Both the position numbers and the translations under genes were made by a program. The notes under the pieces were generated by a model. That model did not search any database, had not been told where the DNA came from, and saw nothing but the letters and a program-made list of their open reading frames with translations. DNA of 64,000 nt from an uncultured Verrucomicrobiae bacterium (lineage in GTDB: Bacteria; Verrucomicrobiota; Verrucomicrobiia; Chthoniobacterales; JAATET01): contig CAVVKW010000004.1 in NCBI GenBank assembly GCA_963749035.1, forward strand, positions 594,531-658,530, given 5' to 3'. Of the stretch, positions 9,891-20,069 are shown one piece after another. The first letter of the stretch is position 1. Each line of letters begins with the position of its first letter.

Positions 9891-11090
9891 ATGCGTTGGG
9901 TCGTCGTGTGGATGTTGTTGGGAGGCTCCGCGCTTTGGGCGGAAGAGTTTCGGACTTGGACTGACAACAGCGGCCGAACGGTGGAGGGACGCGTGCTAAG
10001 TGCGTCGACTGAGAATGTCGTTCTCGAGCTCGACGCGGGCGGGGAGGTCACCGTCCCGATACTGAATCTCTCGCAGGCGGACAGAGAGTGGCTGGCCGAG
10101 CGCGATGTCGCGGACACGCAAACGGAGATCGTGGCGCCCGGCGAACGGGACTACGATGGACCGGAGGCAGAGGCGGATTGGCCGCGCACAGTTCAGCTTA
10201 AGGATCGGCCCGAGGTCGAAGTGGTCAAGGAGGACGCGGACGCGAGGGAGTTCGTCTATGAGTCGGACAATTATGAATTCATCTCTGATTCCCTGCTGGG
10301 TGCCACGGCTGTCCGGGAATTTAGCCGGGTGTTCGAGGCGACGCGACTGGTCAACGCGCTGCTTCCGCTCGATCTGCGACCAATGCCTGAGGGGGACCGT
10401 GAAAAATTCCGGGCGAGAATTTTCACCGACGAAGGCGACTACCTCGGGGCAGGTGGCATGCCGGGATCAGCTGGGGTTTACGGCCGTCGGTTTGAAGCGC
10501 TGATGCTACCCCTCAAGAGCCTCGGCGTCAAAATGGCGGGGACGCGCGTGACGATCGACTACGTCGCGGAAGACTACGGGACGCTCATTCATGAGATCAC
10601 GCACCAGATGATGAACCACTGGCTGGGCCGGCTGCCGGTCTGGTACGTGGAGGGATCGGCCGAATACGTCGAGCTTGCGGAATACGATAATGCTCGGTTT
10701 TCGTTCATCGGTCAGGATCGTCGACTGTCGCGCCACCTTTCGCTGCTCGCGCATTTGGGAAAATTCGAGGTGTTGCCATTGAAGGATCTCATGACCATGG
10801 ACGGCGATACGTGGAGTGCCGCTTTGGTAACGCCGAACGGTGCGATGCAAAATTACGCTTCAGCTCTCGTTCTCACCTACTTCTTTTACCACCTGGACGG
10901 GGAGGGGAAGGGCGATGGAATGAAGGCGTTTCTGAGGGCGGTGGCGAAACTTGATCCAGGCGACGCGATCAGTGGCGCGATCGAGGAGCATCTCATCCGG
11001 GGCCGTTCATACGAGGAACTTCAGGACGAAGTTGTGAAAGGGCTGCGTCGATCGGGTATCAACGTTGTCTTCGGCGAAGCGTCCTCCTGA
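9891..11090 (+). CDS. secreted SHD1-domain protein with HExxH metallopeptidase motif
   Basis: Signal peptide. FRTWTDNSGRTVEGRV...LSQADREWL (SHD1-like). LIHEITHQMM zinc motif. Confidence 0.6.
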   Translation: MRWVVVWMLLGGSALWAEEFRTWTDNSGRTVEGRVLSASTENVVLELDAGGEVTVPILNLSQADREWLAERDVADTQTEIVAPGERDYDGPEAEADWPRTVQLKDRPEVEVVKEDADAREFVYESDNYEFISDSLLGATAVREFSRVFEATRLVNALLPLDLRPMPEGDREKFRARIFTDEGDYLGAGGMPGSAGVYGRRFEALMLPLKSLGVKMAGTRVTIDYVAEDYGTLIHEITHQMMNHWLGRLPVWYVEGSAEYVELAEYDNARFSFIGQDRRLSRHLSLLAHLGKFEVLPLKDLMTMDGDTWSAALVTPNGAMQNYASALVLTYFFYHLDGEGKGDGMKAFLRAVAKLDPGDAISGAIEEHLIRGRSYEELQDEVVKGLRRSGINVVFGEASS

Positions 11091-11116
11091 GAGGATTCGG
11101 TCCGCAGGGAACGACG

Positions 11117-12127
11117 TTGCAGTTTGACAGCGGCGGACGCTCGAATCTAGTTTTTGCTTCCCCTGTGATTCCGACCGTTCCCAAACCTGCTCCCGAGCGC
11201 ACCTTCGTGGTGGCTGCTTCAATCCTCGGGATCTTCGCGTTAATTCAGCTCATTGGCGTTGTCGTCGTGCTCGCGCCACAGGTTCGATTCTCGAGCAATG
11301 TCTCGCCGAGTGCGGCGCAGGCAAATTCGGGGAACGCGACGGTTACTCCAGAGGGTCGAGCCTCGGAAGATGCGATCGCTGCCGCTAACAGGTTTCTTGA
11401 TGAGGCGGATCAAGCCCGAGCTCGCGGGGACATCCAGGCCGGGCTCGAAGCCCTCGCGGAGGCCGACCACGCTTATCCGAATGACCCGGGAATTCTGTTT
11501 CAAATGGGCGTTACGCTGGAACAGGCTGGAAAGCGGGTGGAGGCGACGAGCGTTTACAATGCAATCCTCGCGCTCCCTGCAAATCCTTCGAATCCAGCGA
11601 GGGAGCGATTCGGACGTCAGGCTCAGAACCGGCTTAGTGTCATTGGGGGCGGCGGTGCCGGTGGCCCGGCTGCGCCGAGTCGGACTCTGATGCGCGACTC
11701 CGTCGGGATCCCGATTGGGTCGATGATGGGGATCGTGGATAGCCGTGTCGTCGATTCCGAGCCTGGATTCAAGCACCTGCGGGTCGCCACGAAGGCAGAC
11801 CCAGCGGAGGAGATCGATCCGGGTGAGCTCCAGGTCGCCGTTTTCTTCTACGAGCAAAACGACACGGGCGAAGTCCTGCGGGCGGACTCGGCGGTGCAGT
11901 CGGAGTGGCTGAGCCCACCGACAGATTGGTCAAATGATGAACCCGAACTCGTCGATATTCGCTACCCCTTGCCGGCCGACGACCGGGGCGATCTCCCGCC
12001 GTTGGAATACCACGGCTACGTTCTCGGAATTTATTACCGGGGAGAACTGCAGGATTCACGGGCTGAGCCGGTCTCGTTGCTCGAGGAGTTCCCGCTGGCC
12101 CTGACCCTGAACACCGAAGGGCTATGA
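11117..12127 (+). CDS. membrane-anchored TPR-like hypothetical protein
   Basis: TTG start and a TM segment (VVAASILGIFALIQLIGVVVVL). One TPR-like stretch. The stop overlaps the next gene. Confidence 0.5.
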   Translation: MQFDSGGRSNLVFASPVIPTVPKPAPERTFVVAASILGIFALIQLIGVVVVLAPQVRFSSNVSPSAAQANSGNATVTPEGRASEDAIAAANRFLDEADQARARGDIQAGLEALAEADHAYPNDPGILFQMGVTLEQAGKRVEATSVYNAILALPANPSNPARERFGRQAQNRLSVIGGGGAGGPAAPSRTLMRDSVGIPIGSMMGIVDSRVVDSEPGFKHLRVATKADPAEEIDPGELQVAVFFYEQNDTGEVLRADSAVQSEWLSPPTDWSNDEPELVDIRYPLPADDRGDLPPLEYHGYVLGIYYRGELQDSRAEPVSLLEEFPLALTLNTEGL

Positions 12128-14487
12128 AAATTCTATTGGTGGACGACGAACCAGGTGCCGCAGAAGCCTTGGCGACGGAGCTCCGTGGCGCGGGTTTTAC
12201 CGAAGTGACTGCCGTCGAGAGCGGTGAAGCGGCCCTGGAATTGAACGAGGCTTTTGACGTTCTGATCACCGACGTCATCATGGAAGGGCTCGACGGTTTC
12301 AGCCTTTGTGAGTCTCTTGAGCAGAATACGCCGGGTCTGAGCACAATCTTCTTTACCGAATACGATCTCTCCGATTACGAGGATCGGATCGGGGCCCGTC
12401 CCGTTCTGACGAAACCAGTCACGAGTGATGATCTGGTCTCATTGCTCCGCGGAATGGCACCAAATGATTCGCCGGTGACCTCGCCGACGGAACCAAGCAC
12501 CCCGATTTCCGTTAAGGCAGCGACCCCCGCGCCCACCGCAGAACCTGAGCCCACCGCCGCTCCAAAGGCCGCTCCCTCAGCTTCTCCGAAGGCTTTCCCG
12601 ATAGTCGCTAAGCCAGCCGTGGCCGTGAAGGCATCACCATCGGCGGAGCCCAAGGCTGCCACACCGATCGCCGCCCGCCCGACTGTCGCCAAAGCGGCTG
12701 CGGCTCCAAGCCACCAGAATGTCCCAACAGCCAAGAATGCCGGAGTGACCCCGACCGCCAAGGCCGCCCAGCCGAAAGCGGGTTCTCCGGTCAAGGCTCG
12801 GGCGATGGCTGGTCCGGTCGCGACTAGTCCGGCACAGGACTTCACCCCCACAGAAACGACTCTTCCGCCTGACGATCTCGTCGGACAGACCCTGGGTGAT
12901 TACGACATCGAGGCAAAGATCGACGAACAGGCGCATGGTGGGATGTATCGCGCTCGGCAGAAAAGCATCGGTCGCATGGTGCGGCTCTACGTATTGAAAT
13001 CAGAGCTAAACAGTGACGCTGAAGCGGTAAAGCGTTTCATCTCGAACGCGAGCGTCAAAGCCAATGTCCGCCACCCGGCGGTGCTGGCGGTGTTTGAGGC
13101 CGGAGAGAAACGCGGGCGGTATTATTACGCGTGCGAATACGTTCCCAACACGTCGCTGGAGGAAATTCAGAACGCAGGCCGGCAGCTGGATCCGTCGACG
13201 GTTCTTCGGCTCACCCAAACTGCCGCGGACGTGATGGCCTACTTTGGAAGGGAGCGGATTCAACACGATCCACTGCGGCCTTCCCAGCTCCTTCTCGACG
13301 TCAAGGGGCAACCGCGGATCGCAAATATCGCCGCTCATGAAGGCACCTCGAGTCCCGAGGGAGGCGAAGAAATTCAAGGCCTTGCTGGAATCCTGCTGCC
13401 CCTCATGGCCACCACACCGGTGTCCGAGAGTGCTTCGAGCTTACTCTCTACGGCCGGCCAGCCTGATAGCGAAATTCGGTCATGGGCGGCCTTGTCGCAG
13501 GAGGCGAAAAACCGGATGCCGCAGGTCAAACCGGCCGACGCGTACAAGCTCGACGCCAGAAGCCGCGCCGCGGTGAAGGCCGTCGAGGATGCTCGGAAAA
13601 AGCAGCAGCGAACCGTGCTCTTCAGTACGCTCGGCTCGCTGCTTCTACTTGCGACCGCTTTGACGGTATTTTACTTCGCTATCTTCCGCGAAACTCCGGT
13701 GAAGGATTTCGATACGATGATCGAGATTCCCGCCGGCGAGTTCGTCTATCAGGACGGCGAAAAGGTGACTTTGCCCTCATTCTGGATCGACGAATACGAG
13801 GTGACGATTGGTCAATACGCGGAATTTCTGGATTGGGTTGACTTTAATCCTGAAGCTGCCGCCAAACTCGCTCATCCGGACATGCCGGGAGGAAAATCTC
13901 ACGTCCCCGAAGGCTGGGCGGACGAAGAACTCGCGACGGGGCCGATGATGGGCTATTACACGCGGGCTAAACGGTGGGGCAAATATAAATCGGTGCCCCT
14001 CGATGTGAACTCACCGGTCTTTCACGTTGACTGGTTCGATGCCTACGCCTACGCGGCGTGGAAAGGTCGACGGTTGCCAACGGAGCAAGAGTGGGAAAAG
14101 GCTGCACGTGGAACGGACGGTCGGCAGTATCCGTGGGGAACCGACTTGGATCCGGAAAAGGTGAATAGTGGGGCGGACATCAAGCCAGATCCGACGAAGG
14201 GGGGTGAAATCGACGGTTACATCCGATGGTCGCCAGTCGACGAAGTCGATGGCGATAAGAGTCCATATGGCGTTATGGGGCTCGCCGGGAACGTTTCGGA
14301 ATGGACCGCGGATTTTGGCCTTAGCCCGAAGTGGGGCGATCAAGTTCCCGTCATCCGGGGCGGTAACTGGAACAATCCAGACGTCGCGGTCACGCGGAGA
14401 CTTTTGGTTTATGACGCCCTGCAAAGCGAAACTGCACTGGGATTCCGAACCGCGTCGGATAGAGCTCCCGACGAGGAGGGAGAATGA
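12124..14487 (+). CDS. response-regulator receiver / Ser-Thr kinase-like / FGE-sulfatase (SUMF1) fusion protein
   Basis: REC N-terminus (KILLVDDEP...DVLITDVIMEGLDG). Pro/Ala linker. Kinase-like domain with degenerate catalytic motifs. TM segment. C-terminal FGE-type domain (RLPTEQEWEKAARG...GNVSEW...RGGNW). Confidence 0.8.
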   Translation: MKILLVDDEPGAAEALATELRGAGFTEVTAVESGEAALELNEAFDVLITDVIMEGLDGFSLCESLEQNTPGLSTIFFTEYDLSDYEDRIGARPVLTKPVTSDDLVSLLRGMAPNDSPVTSPTEPSTPISVKAATPAPTAEPEPTAAPKAAPSASPKAFPIVAKPAVAVKASPSAEPKAATPIAARPTVAKAAAAPSHQNVPTAKNAGVTPTAKAAQPKAGSPVKARAMAGPVATSPAQDFTPTETTLPPDDLVGQTLGDYDIEAKIDEQAHGGMYRARQKSIGRMVRLYVLKSELNSDAEAVKRFISNASVKANVRHPAVLAVFEAGEKRGRYYYACEYVPNTSLEEIQNAGRQLDPSTVLRLTQTAADVMAYFGRERIQHDPLRPSQLLLDVKGQPRIANIAAHEGTSSPEGGEEIQGLAGILLPLMATTPVSESASSLLSTAGQPDSEIRSWAALSQEAKNRMPQVKPADAYKLDARSRAAVKAVEDARKKQQRTVLFSTLGSLLLLATALTVFYFAIFRETPVKDFDTMIEIPAGEFVYQDGEKVTLPSFWIDEYEVTIGQYAEFLDWVDFNPEAAAKLAHPDMPGGKSHVPEGWADEELATGPMMGYYTRAKRWGKYKSVPLDVNSPVFHVDWFDAYAYAAWKGRRLPTEQEWEKAARGTDGRQYPWGTDLDPEKVNSGADIKPDPTKGGEIDGYIRWSPVDEVDGDKSPYGVMGLAGNVSEWTADFGLSPKWGDQVPVIRGGNWNNPDVAVTRRLLVYDALQSETALGFRTASDRAPDEEGE

Positions 14488-15401
14488 ATTTCTGTGCCTC
14501 TAAGTTTGTCAGGATGAGCGCAACACTGATGCTGATCGGCATTGCGTTTCTGGGAGCAATTGCGAGCGTTGGTGCTCAAGTCAGAGTCGATCTCGCGGTC
14601 CCACGGACTCTCTTCATCCGCTACGAACCGTTGCTCGCGCAGGTCACGATCACAAACCAGAGCGGACAGGAACTAGAGTTTGCCGACGAGGGTAATTACA
14701 AATGGTTCAGTTTTAAGATTCAAACGACGTCCGGGCGCCTGGTTCCTCCGTATAATCCTGATTACCAGCTTAGTCCGATCCAGATCGGTCCGGGACAAAG
14801 CGCCAAGCGATTGGTGAATTTGACGCCGCTGTATCCGATGACCGAGTATGGCGTTTACCGACTCACGGCGACGATTTACTCCCGGCAATTGCAGCAATTT
14901 TTCAGTTCTGAACCCGCGTTGAACGTCGAGATTACGGAAGGTCGGGAAATTTGGCAGGAAGACGTCGGAGGTCCAAATGGTGCGGGGGTTCGCACCATCA
15001 GCTTGCTCTCGCATCGCCTTCCCGAATACACCCAACTCTACATTCGAATCATGGATGAGAACGGCAACGTGTTCTGCAACCATCAGCTCGGTCGGCTGGT
15101 CTTGACCTACGGAATCCCGGATATCGAACTCGACGCGGACAACAACACCCACATTCTTCAGAACGTCGCGCCAAAACGCTTCCTCTACTCAGTAATCGGG
15201 AGTTCCGGTGAAGTGCGTCGTCGCGATTTCTACGAATCGGTTAAGACCAAGCCGCAACTTCGGCGGGTCGGGCGGGGAGGAGTCGAGGTCGTTGGCGGGA
15301 TCTACGTTGACCCAAACCGTGAGGCTGTCGAAGGCGAAGCGCCGGTGAAGGCTCCAAGCGTCTCGGACCGTCCGGTTCCAATTCCGGGTGCCGCAGAATA
15401 A
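14484..15401 (+). CDS. secreted hypothetical protein
   Basis: ATG overlaps the upstream stop (ATGA). Signal peptide MLIGIAFLGAIASVGAQ. Confidence 0.6.
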   Translation: MNFCASKFVRMSATLMLIGIAFLGAIASVGAQVRVDLAVPRTLFIRYEPLLAQVTITNQSGQELEFADEGNYKWFSFKIQTTSGRLVPPYNPDYQLSPIQIGPGQSAKRLVNLTPLYPMTEYGVYRLTATIYSRQLQQFFSSEPALNVEITEGREIWQEDVGGPNGAGVRTISLLSHRLPEYTQLYIRIMDENGNVFCNHQLGRLVLTYGIPDIELDADNNTHILQNVAPKRFLYSVIGSSGEVRRRDFYESVKTKPQLRRVGRGGVEVVGGIYVDPNREAVEGEAPVKAPSVSDRPVPIPGAAE

Positions 15402-15444
15402 TGGAGTCGCCTCGAAGGTCGGGGTGATGAAAGCAGTGTTTTGG

Positions 15445-16797
15445 TTAGATAGGCGGAAACATTGCAAAGGCGCCAGCCGCCATTCCTAGAAACAGGAAAA
15501 ACCCTACGACGTCAGTGACCGTCGTGAGCATGATGGAAGATGCGAGTGCAGGATCGATATTCAGCGCTTTCAGACCGACGGGGATCAAAACTCCTGCCAT
15601 CGCCGCTGCGATCATGTTGAGCAACATGGCTGAGCACGCGACGACGCCGAGGACGAGACTTCCTTTCCAAAGGTATCCGATAACGCCAATTGCCAAACCG
15701 GTCGATAGACCCGTTAGCAGCGCAACGAGCATCTCCTTAAACAGGATTCTGCGCTTCAGGCGGCCCTCCATCTCGCCAAGTGCCATCGAGCGGACAACGA
15801 TCGTCAGCGTCTGCATTCCGACGTTTCCACCCTGACCCGCGATGATCGGAAGAAAGACAGCGAGAACAGCATATTTTGAAATTGTCGGCTCGAAGAGCGA
15901 GACGACCCAACCGGCGAGGATGGCTGTCCCAAGATTCACAAAAAGCCACGGCAGTCGTCGTTGAAATGATATTTTCCACGGCGTATCCAGCATCTCCTCC
16001 CCGGAAAGACCAATCATGCGTTGCATGTCCTCAGTTGCCTCTTCGTCCATGACGTCCATGACGTCATCGGAAGTGACGATCCCGCACAGTCGCTGGAAAT
16101 CATCGACGACCGGGAGGGCTACAAAGTGATGCTCTCGAAAGAGATTGGCGATGGCTTCCTGGTCTGCGTGCACCGAGACGGCTCGCACTTCGCGGATCAT
16201 CAGATTTCGCAAAAGTGTTTCGGGGCGTGAAAAAAGAAGATCCCGCGTCCGGAGTACGCCGCGCAGACGACCATCATCGTCCGTGACGTAAACGTAAAAC
16301 ATTCCCTCGTGAGCACCCGATTCCTCGGATCGCAAGACATTGATCGCTCCCTCTACCGACATCCCTTCGCGGAGCGCGACGAATTCCGGGTCCATGATCC
16401 CGCCCGCGGAATCGGAGGCGTAACCGAGGATTCTGGTGATTTTCTCCGCCGATTCCGGCGGAAGGTTTTTAAGAATCTCGGCCAGCCGAGGGGATGAGAG
16501 ATTGGCCAGGATGTCCGCCGCATCGTCAAGGAACATCTCATCGACGATTCCCGAGACCCGATGCAGCCGCATCTTCTCAAAAAGCCGGACTTGTAGGTCA
16601 GGCCCAAATTCGCCGATGACGTCGGCAGCTTGATCGTCCTTGAGTTTGCGTAGAACTGATCGCAGCTCTGACAGATCGAGATCAGCGAGTTGATTCGCAG
16701 CGTCTCGCGAGTCAGCTTCACGAAGGGCAGAAATCCAGACGGTATTCTCAGCGCGCCGATCCGCCAAAGGCGGAATCTCGGATTCAGTTGTAGGCAT
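15445..16797 (-). CDS. mgtE: magnesium transporter MgtE
   Basis: MgtE N-domain, two CBS repeats and a C-terminal 5-TM MgtE domain (GNVGMQ..., TDVVGFF). Confidence 0.92.
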   Translation of the reverse strand: MPTTESEIPPLADRRAENTVWISALREADSRDAANQLADLDLSELRSVLRKLKDDQAADVIGEFGPDLQVRLFEKMRLHRVSGIVDEMFLDDAADILANLSSPRLAEILKNLPPESAEKITRILGYASDSAGGIMDPEFVALREGMSVEGAINVLRSEESGAHEGMFYVYVTDDDGRLRGVLRTRDLLFSRPETLLRNLMIREVRAVSVHADQEAIANLFREHHFVALPVVDDFQRLCGIVTSDDVMDVMDEEATEDMQRMIGLSGEEMLDTPWKISFQRRLPWLFVNLGTAILAGWVVSLFEPTISKYAVLAVFLPIIAGQGGNVGMQTLTIVVRSMALGEMEGRLKRRILFKEMLVALLTGLSTGLAIGVIGYLWKGSLVLGVVACSAMLLNMIAAAMAGVLIPVGLKALNIDPALASSIMLTTVTDVVGFFLFLGMAAGAFAMFPPI

Positions 16798-16901
16798 GAG
16801 TGGACACTAAGCCGATGGCGTTTAAGGACCAGAGCGAAGCCCGGCGGGAACAAAATTGTCGGAAGAGGCAACGTCAGTCTGATTCCCCGTATCCCGCAAA
16901 A

Positions 16902-17420
16902 CTACTTGGGAGGAGTGTCGGACGACAGGAAGTCGCATTCCCTGCTGGTCGAAGCCCCGTCTGAAATTTCTTCAGCTTTCGCACGAGCCTCTTGTTCGAG
17001 CGGGGAATCTCGATAGCCATACCGCGCGCATTCGCGGAGGTATAGATCTAGAAATGAGCGAACGCCGCCGAGGCGCTCATATTGTGATACGTGGGCAAAT
17101 TCGTGCACCAAAAGCCTCCGACTCGACGCACAATCTTTCCGCACGTAGATTCCATAATTCAGCGTCATTGCCGCGGGAAATGCACCTGATAGGCCAAAGC
17201 CGCGACCGAGTCGTTGCAGAGTGGGGCCGACCGGCAAGGGAACGTCATCAACATAAAGGAGTCGAATTCGCTCGGGATGATTGACGCCGGCTGCGACCGA
17301 ATCGGAGAGACGCGGTTCCGCAAGTGGGACGCCTAGTGACAATATCTGACGTTCATGGCGGGAGACCCACCACGTGACTATTGGCAGGATAGAAGGGACT
17401 AACCAGAGAAGGGCTTTCAT
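16902..17420 (-). CDS. HExxH motif protein (putative zinc metallopeptidase-like)
   Basis: ATG at 17420 (MKALLWLV...) with an N-terminal TM. LLVHEFAHVSQYE motif. The longer track ORF extends into the IS flank. Confidence 0.6.
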   Translation of the reverse strand: MKALLWLVPSILPIVTWWVSRHERQILSLGVPLAEPRLSDSVAAGVNHPERIRLLYVDDVPLPVGPTLQRLGRGFGLSGAFPAAMTLNYGIYVRKDCASSRRLLVHEFAHVSQYERLGGVRSFLDLYLRECARYGYRDSPLEQEARAKAEEISDGASTSRECDFLSSDTPPK

Positions 17421-17587
17421 TTGACGCACAAAGACTCCTCCAAACCCAACGATCTCGCTGGCTCTTTTTACCCATACCACCTCACCCCTCCCGAAAAAGC
17501 CATTGGAGCATGCTGCGGTGGCCTGCCCCCGGAGAATTGGACGGTTAAAAAGTAGAGTTCTGTGGGATAGAAAAATAGTAGAACAAA

Positions 17588-17853
17588 ATGAAAAAGGTCG
17601 ATTCAGTGAAGCGCAGATTATCGGGATATTACGGGAGGGGCAGGCCGGGAAGTCGGTCAAGGCGGTGTGCGGCGAGCACAACGTCAGTGAAGCGACCTTC
17701 TATAACTGGAAGAAGAAGTATGGAGGGATGGACGTGAGCGAAGCGCGTCGGCTGCGGGCACTGGAGGAAGAGAACGGGCGGCTCAAGCGGATCATCGCCG
17801 ATTTGAGCGTCCAGAACCACGTTCTCAAGGAAGTGAACGCAAAAAAATGGTAA
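17588..17853 (+). CDS. IS3-family transposase OrfA (HTH)
   Basis: MKKGRFSEAQIIGILREGQAGKSV...ATFYNWKKKYGGM...RLRALEEENGRLKRIIADL. Confidence 0.8.
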
Positions 17854-18749
17854 GCCCGTCGACCAGGCGACGGGCGGTAAAGATGAGTGTGGAAGAAGGC
17901 TGGAGCGAAGGAAAGACGGCGTCGGCGTGCCGGGCGTTGGGCTTGGCGCGATCGAGCTATTACCGAGTGGCGAAGGTCAGCGTGGAGAGCCGACGCGTGC
18001 GCAAGGAGATCATCGATCTGAGCAGCAAGCATCCGAGATATGGCTACCGCAGGATCACGGCGCTTTTGCGGCGGGATGGCTTCGAGATCAACCCGAAACG
18101 GGTGGCCCGTATCCGGCGTGAAGAAGGCTTCAAGGTCAGCAAGCGGCGACGACGCATGCGTCGTCTGGGAGTCTCGACGGCCGAGCGCAAGCGAGCCGAG
18201 CGCCCGCGGGAAGTGTGGAGCTGGGACTTCGTCGAAGACCAAACCGAAGCTGGGAGCCGGTTCCGGATCCTGACGCTGATCGACGAGCATACCCGGGAGT
18301 GTCTGGCCACGCATGCCGCTTGGTCGATCCGGGCCGTGGATGTCATCGGAGTCGTGGAGGCCGCCATCGCCCGCTACCGAGCCCCGGAGCATATCCGCAG
18401 CGACAATGGTCCGGATTTTATCGCTTACGCGATCCAAGACTGGCTGGCGGCCCAAGCGATCAAGACAATCTACATCAAACCAGGAAGTCCGTGGTAGAAC
18501 GGCCACATCGAGAGCTCCCACGACAAACTGCGAGACGAATACCTCAACCGAGGACTCTTCGACAGTCTGGCCGAAGCCCGTGTCATCCTGGAAAGCTGGC
18601 GCGTCGAATACAACACTCTGCGACCGCACAGCTCGCTCGGCTTCCAGACGCCGGTGGAGTTCGCGGTCGCGGCCGACAAGTCCCGTCTCCAGTCGCCCTC
18701 CGGGCTCCTTCCGACGGGACTTGCTTCCAAAACGAAAACTCTAATTTAG
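17847..18749 (+). pseudogene. IS3-family transposase OrfB (DDE) with in-frame TAG
   Basis: rve-type sequence (WSWDFV, LIDEHTRE, IRSDNGPDF). PGSPW-TAG-NGHIESSHDKLRDE, with the stop at 18495-18497 where family members have Q. The frame continues to 18749. Confidence 0.75.
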
Positions 18750-18770
18750 ATCTGTCTCACTTCCGGGGCA

Positions 18771-18894
18771 GGCCAGTCAAGCTCAGCCACCCCGATCGGG
18801 TGTTCGAATTGCTGGTTGTCACCATCTGCAATCTGATCGTCCGCCAACCCCGAGAGCGAAGCGGCTAGGGGTTGGCTGCAGCGCCTTGTTCGCT
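18771..18894 (-). repeat. attC site 1 (distal-most; one R box replaced by the IS3 end)
   Basis: Starts ggccag|GTCAAGCTCAGCC directly after the IS end. The other box is gttcgct. Confidence 0.7.
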
Positions 18895-19392
18895 GTGTAT
18901 TGTGTCGATAAATTCCGCTTTCTGAGTCTCGGACTCAAAAACTCGAAGGGGAATGGTGCAAATGCCCCTAGGTCCGAACCAGATCTCCAATCTGCCTTCA
19001 TTCTCGCAAACATCTACGAGGTGTTCGAGCGGGAATTGCGTCACTATGTCCATGCAGGAATACGTAAGAGTGCCGCTTGCGATTGTAAACTCGGCCCTTA
19101 CAGGAAGTCTTCCTTCTGTCTGTTTTCTTATAAACTTAGTTACGCGATGCTTGATTGAAGGAATGAACGTGAAGAAATTCAAGGCCGCGCCAATAGCAGC
19201 TCCTAATAGGCCACCAAGTATGATCACGTTTACTGGATGCTCGCATAATAGGAACGCGACGACTAAACCTAGCGGGACTGCCCCGCGAATAGTCGAAATC
19301 ACGCGCTTTTTCGCAATCGGACTCGTCCGAAAATATTGGCGTAGAGCCGGTGCGGACATGTCATTCAGGTCGGCGAGGTATGAAATCGTCAT
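18865..19392 (-). CDS. cassette ORF, membrane protein (hypothetical)
   Basis: ATG at 19392 (MTISYLADL...). The track ORF start at 19482 lies inside attC 2. Two TM segments. Ends in the attC-encoded tail SEQGAAANP. Confidence 0.65.
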   Translation of the reverse strand: MTISYLADLNDMSAPALRQYFRTSPIAKKRVISTIRGAVPLGLVVAFLLCEHPVNVIILGGLLGAAIGAALNFFTFIPSIKHRVTKFIRKQTEGRLPVRAEFTIASGTLTYSCMDIVTQFPLEHLVDVCENEGRLEIWFGPRGICTIPLRVFESETQKAEFIDTIHSEQGAAANP

Positions 19393-19404
19393 TTGTAATT
19401 TATC

Positions 19405-19528
19405 AGCGAACGTCAAGCTCAGCCATTCTAAACGGGTGAATGCAAACGACTGGTGATCAACTGCCGGTAGCGGGTCGCGCAACCCAGCCGCGCAGCGGCT
19501 AAGGGTTGGCTACAGCGCCTTGTTCGGC
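19405..19528 (-). repeat. attC site 2
   Basis: Boxes agcgaac/gttcggc (read on + strand), 124 bp. Confidence 0.88.
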
Positions 19529-19885
19529 TGTATTTCTCATATTAGGGCGAGATGCCTTGAATTGAAAAAGTGCAGTGGAACCGCGGTGCTCTGCCAACGC
19601 AACTAGGGCGACAATCGCGATGATGCTGATTGGTGAGAGTGTAGTAAGAAGGGCGCCAAGCAAGCCGACAAGCGATCCCTGATAAAAGTAATTCAGATCG
19701 GAGCGAAACAATAGACCATAAATAATCACCGGAATGCCGACCAGCAAAGCAGCTTTTCCGAGGGCCATACGAATGGCTCCGAATATATCATCAAGATCAA
19801 TGTAGACATGAAAGTATTTTCCAATCTCGAGAATCAAGGGGGTTGCGATTGCAATAATTATGCACAGGATCAGAAGTCTTTTCAT
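19499..19885 (-). CDS. cassette ORF, small integral membrane protein
   Basis: 128 aa with 4 hydrophobic segments. Tail AEQGAVANP. Confidence 0.7.
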   Translation of the reverse strand: MKRLLILCIIIAIATPLILEIGKYFHVYIDLDDIFGAIRMALGKAALLVGIPVIIYGLLFRSDLNYFYQGSLVGLLGALLTTLSPISIIAIVALVALAEHRGSTALFQFKASRPNMRNTAEQGAVANP

Positions 19886-19943
19886 AAATATTGAGATTGC
19901 GCTGACGGATTTCCGGAGTGCGAGGATAAACCTATTTCAATGA

Positions 19944-20069
19944 GCCGAACGTCAAGCTCAGCCACCCCGAACGGGCGTGCGAGCTATGGATTGTGATCTG
20001 CTGAATTTGACGCTTTCGATCAACTGAACCGGAGCGCGGGTAGTGGTTTGCTGCAGCACCTTGTTAGAC
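19944..20069 (-). repeat. attC site 3
   Basis: Boxes gccgaac/gttagac, 126 bp. Confidence 0.9.

Larger units (their letters stand above)
17519..18775 (+). mobile_element. IS3-family insertion sequence (type 1), abutting and truncating the terminal attC
   Basis: Imperfect terminal IRs: TGGCCTGCCCCCGGAG at 17519 and its near-complement ending at 18775. Two-ORF orfA/orfB organisation with an A7 slippery run at 17841-17847. Confidence 0.8.

Noticed and set aside
16798-16901. A possible Mg2+ riboswitch (M-box) upstream of mgtE.
   Set aside because: Only ~100 nt of leader are available, and I could not recognise the conserved M-box helices. There is no support from sequence alone.
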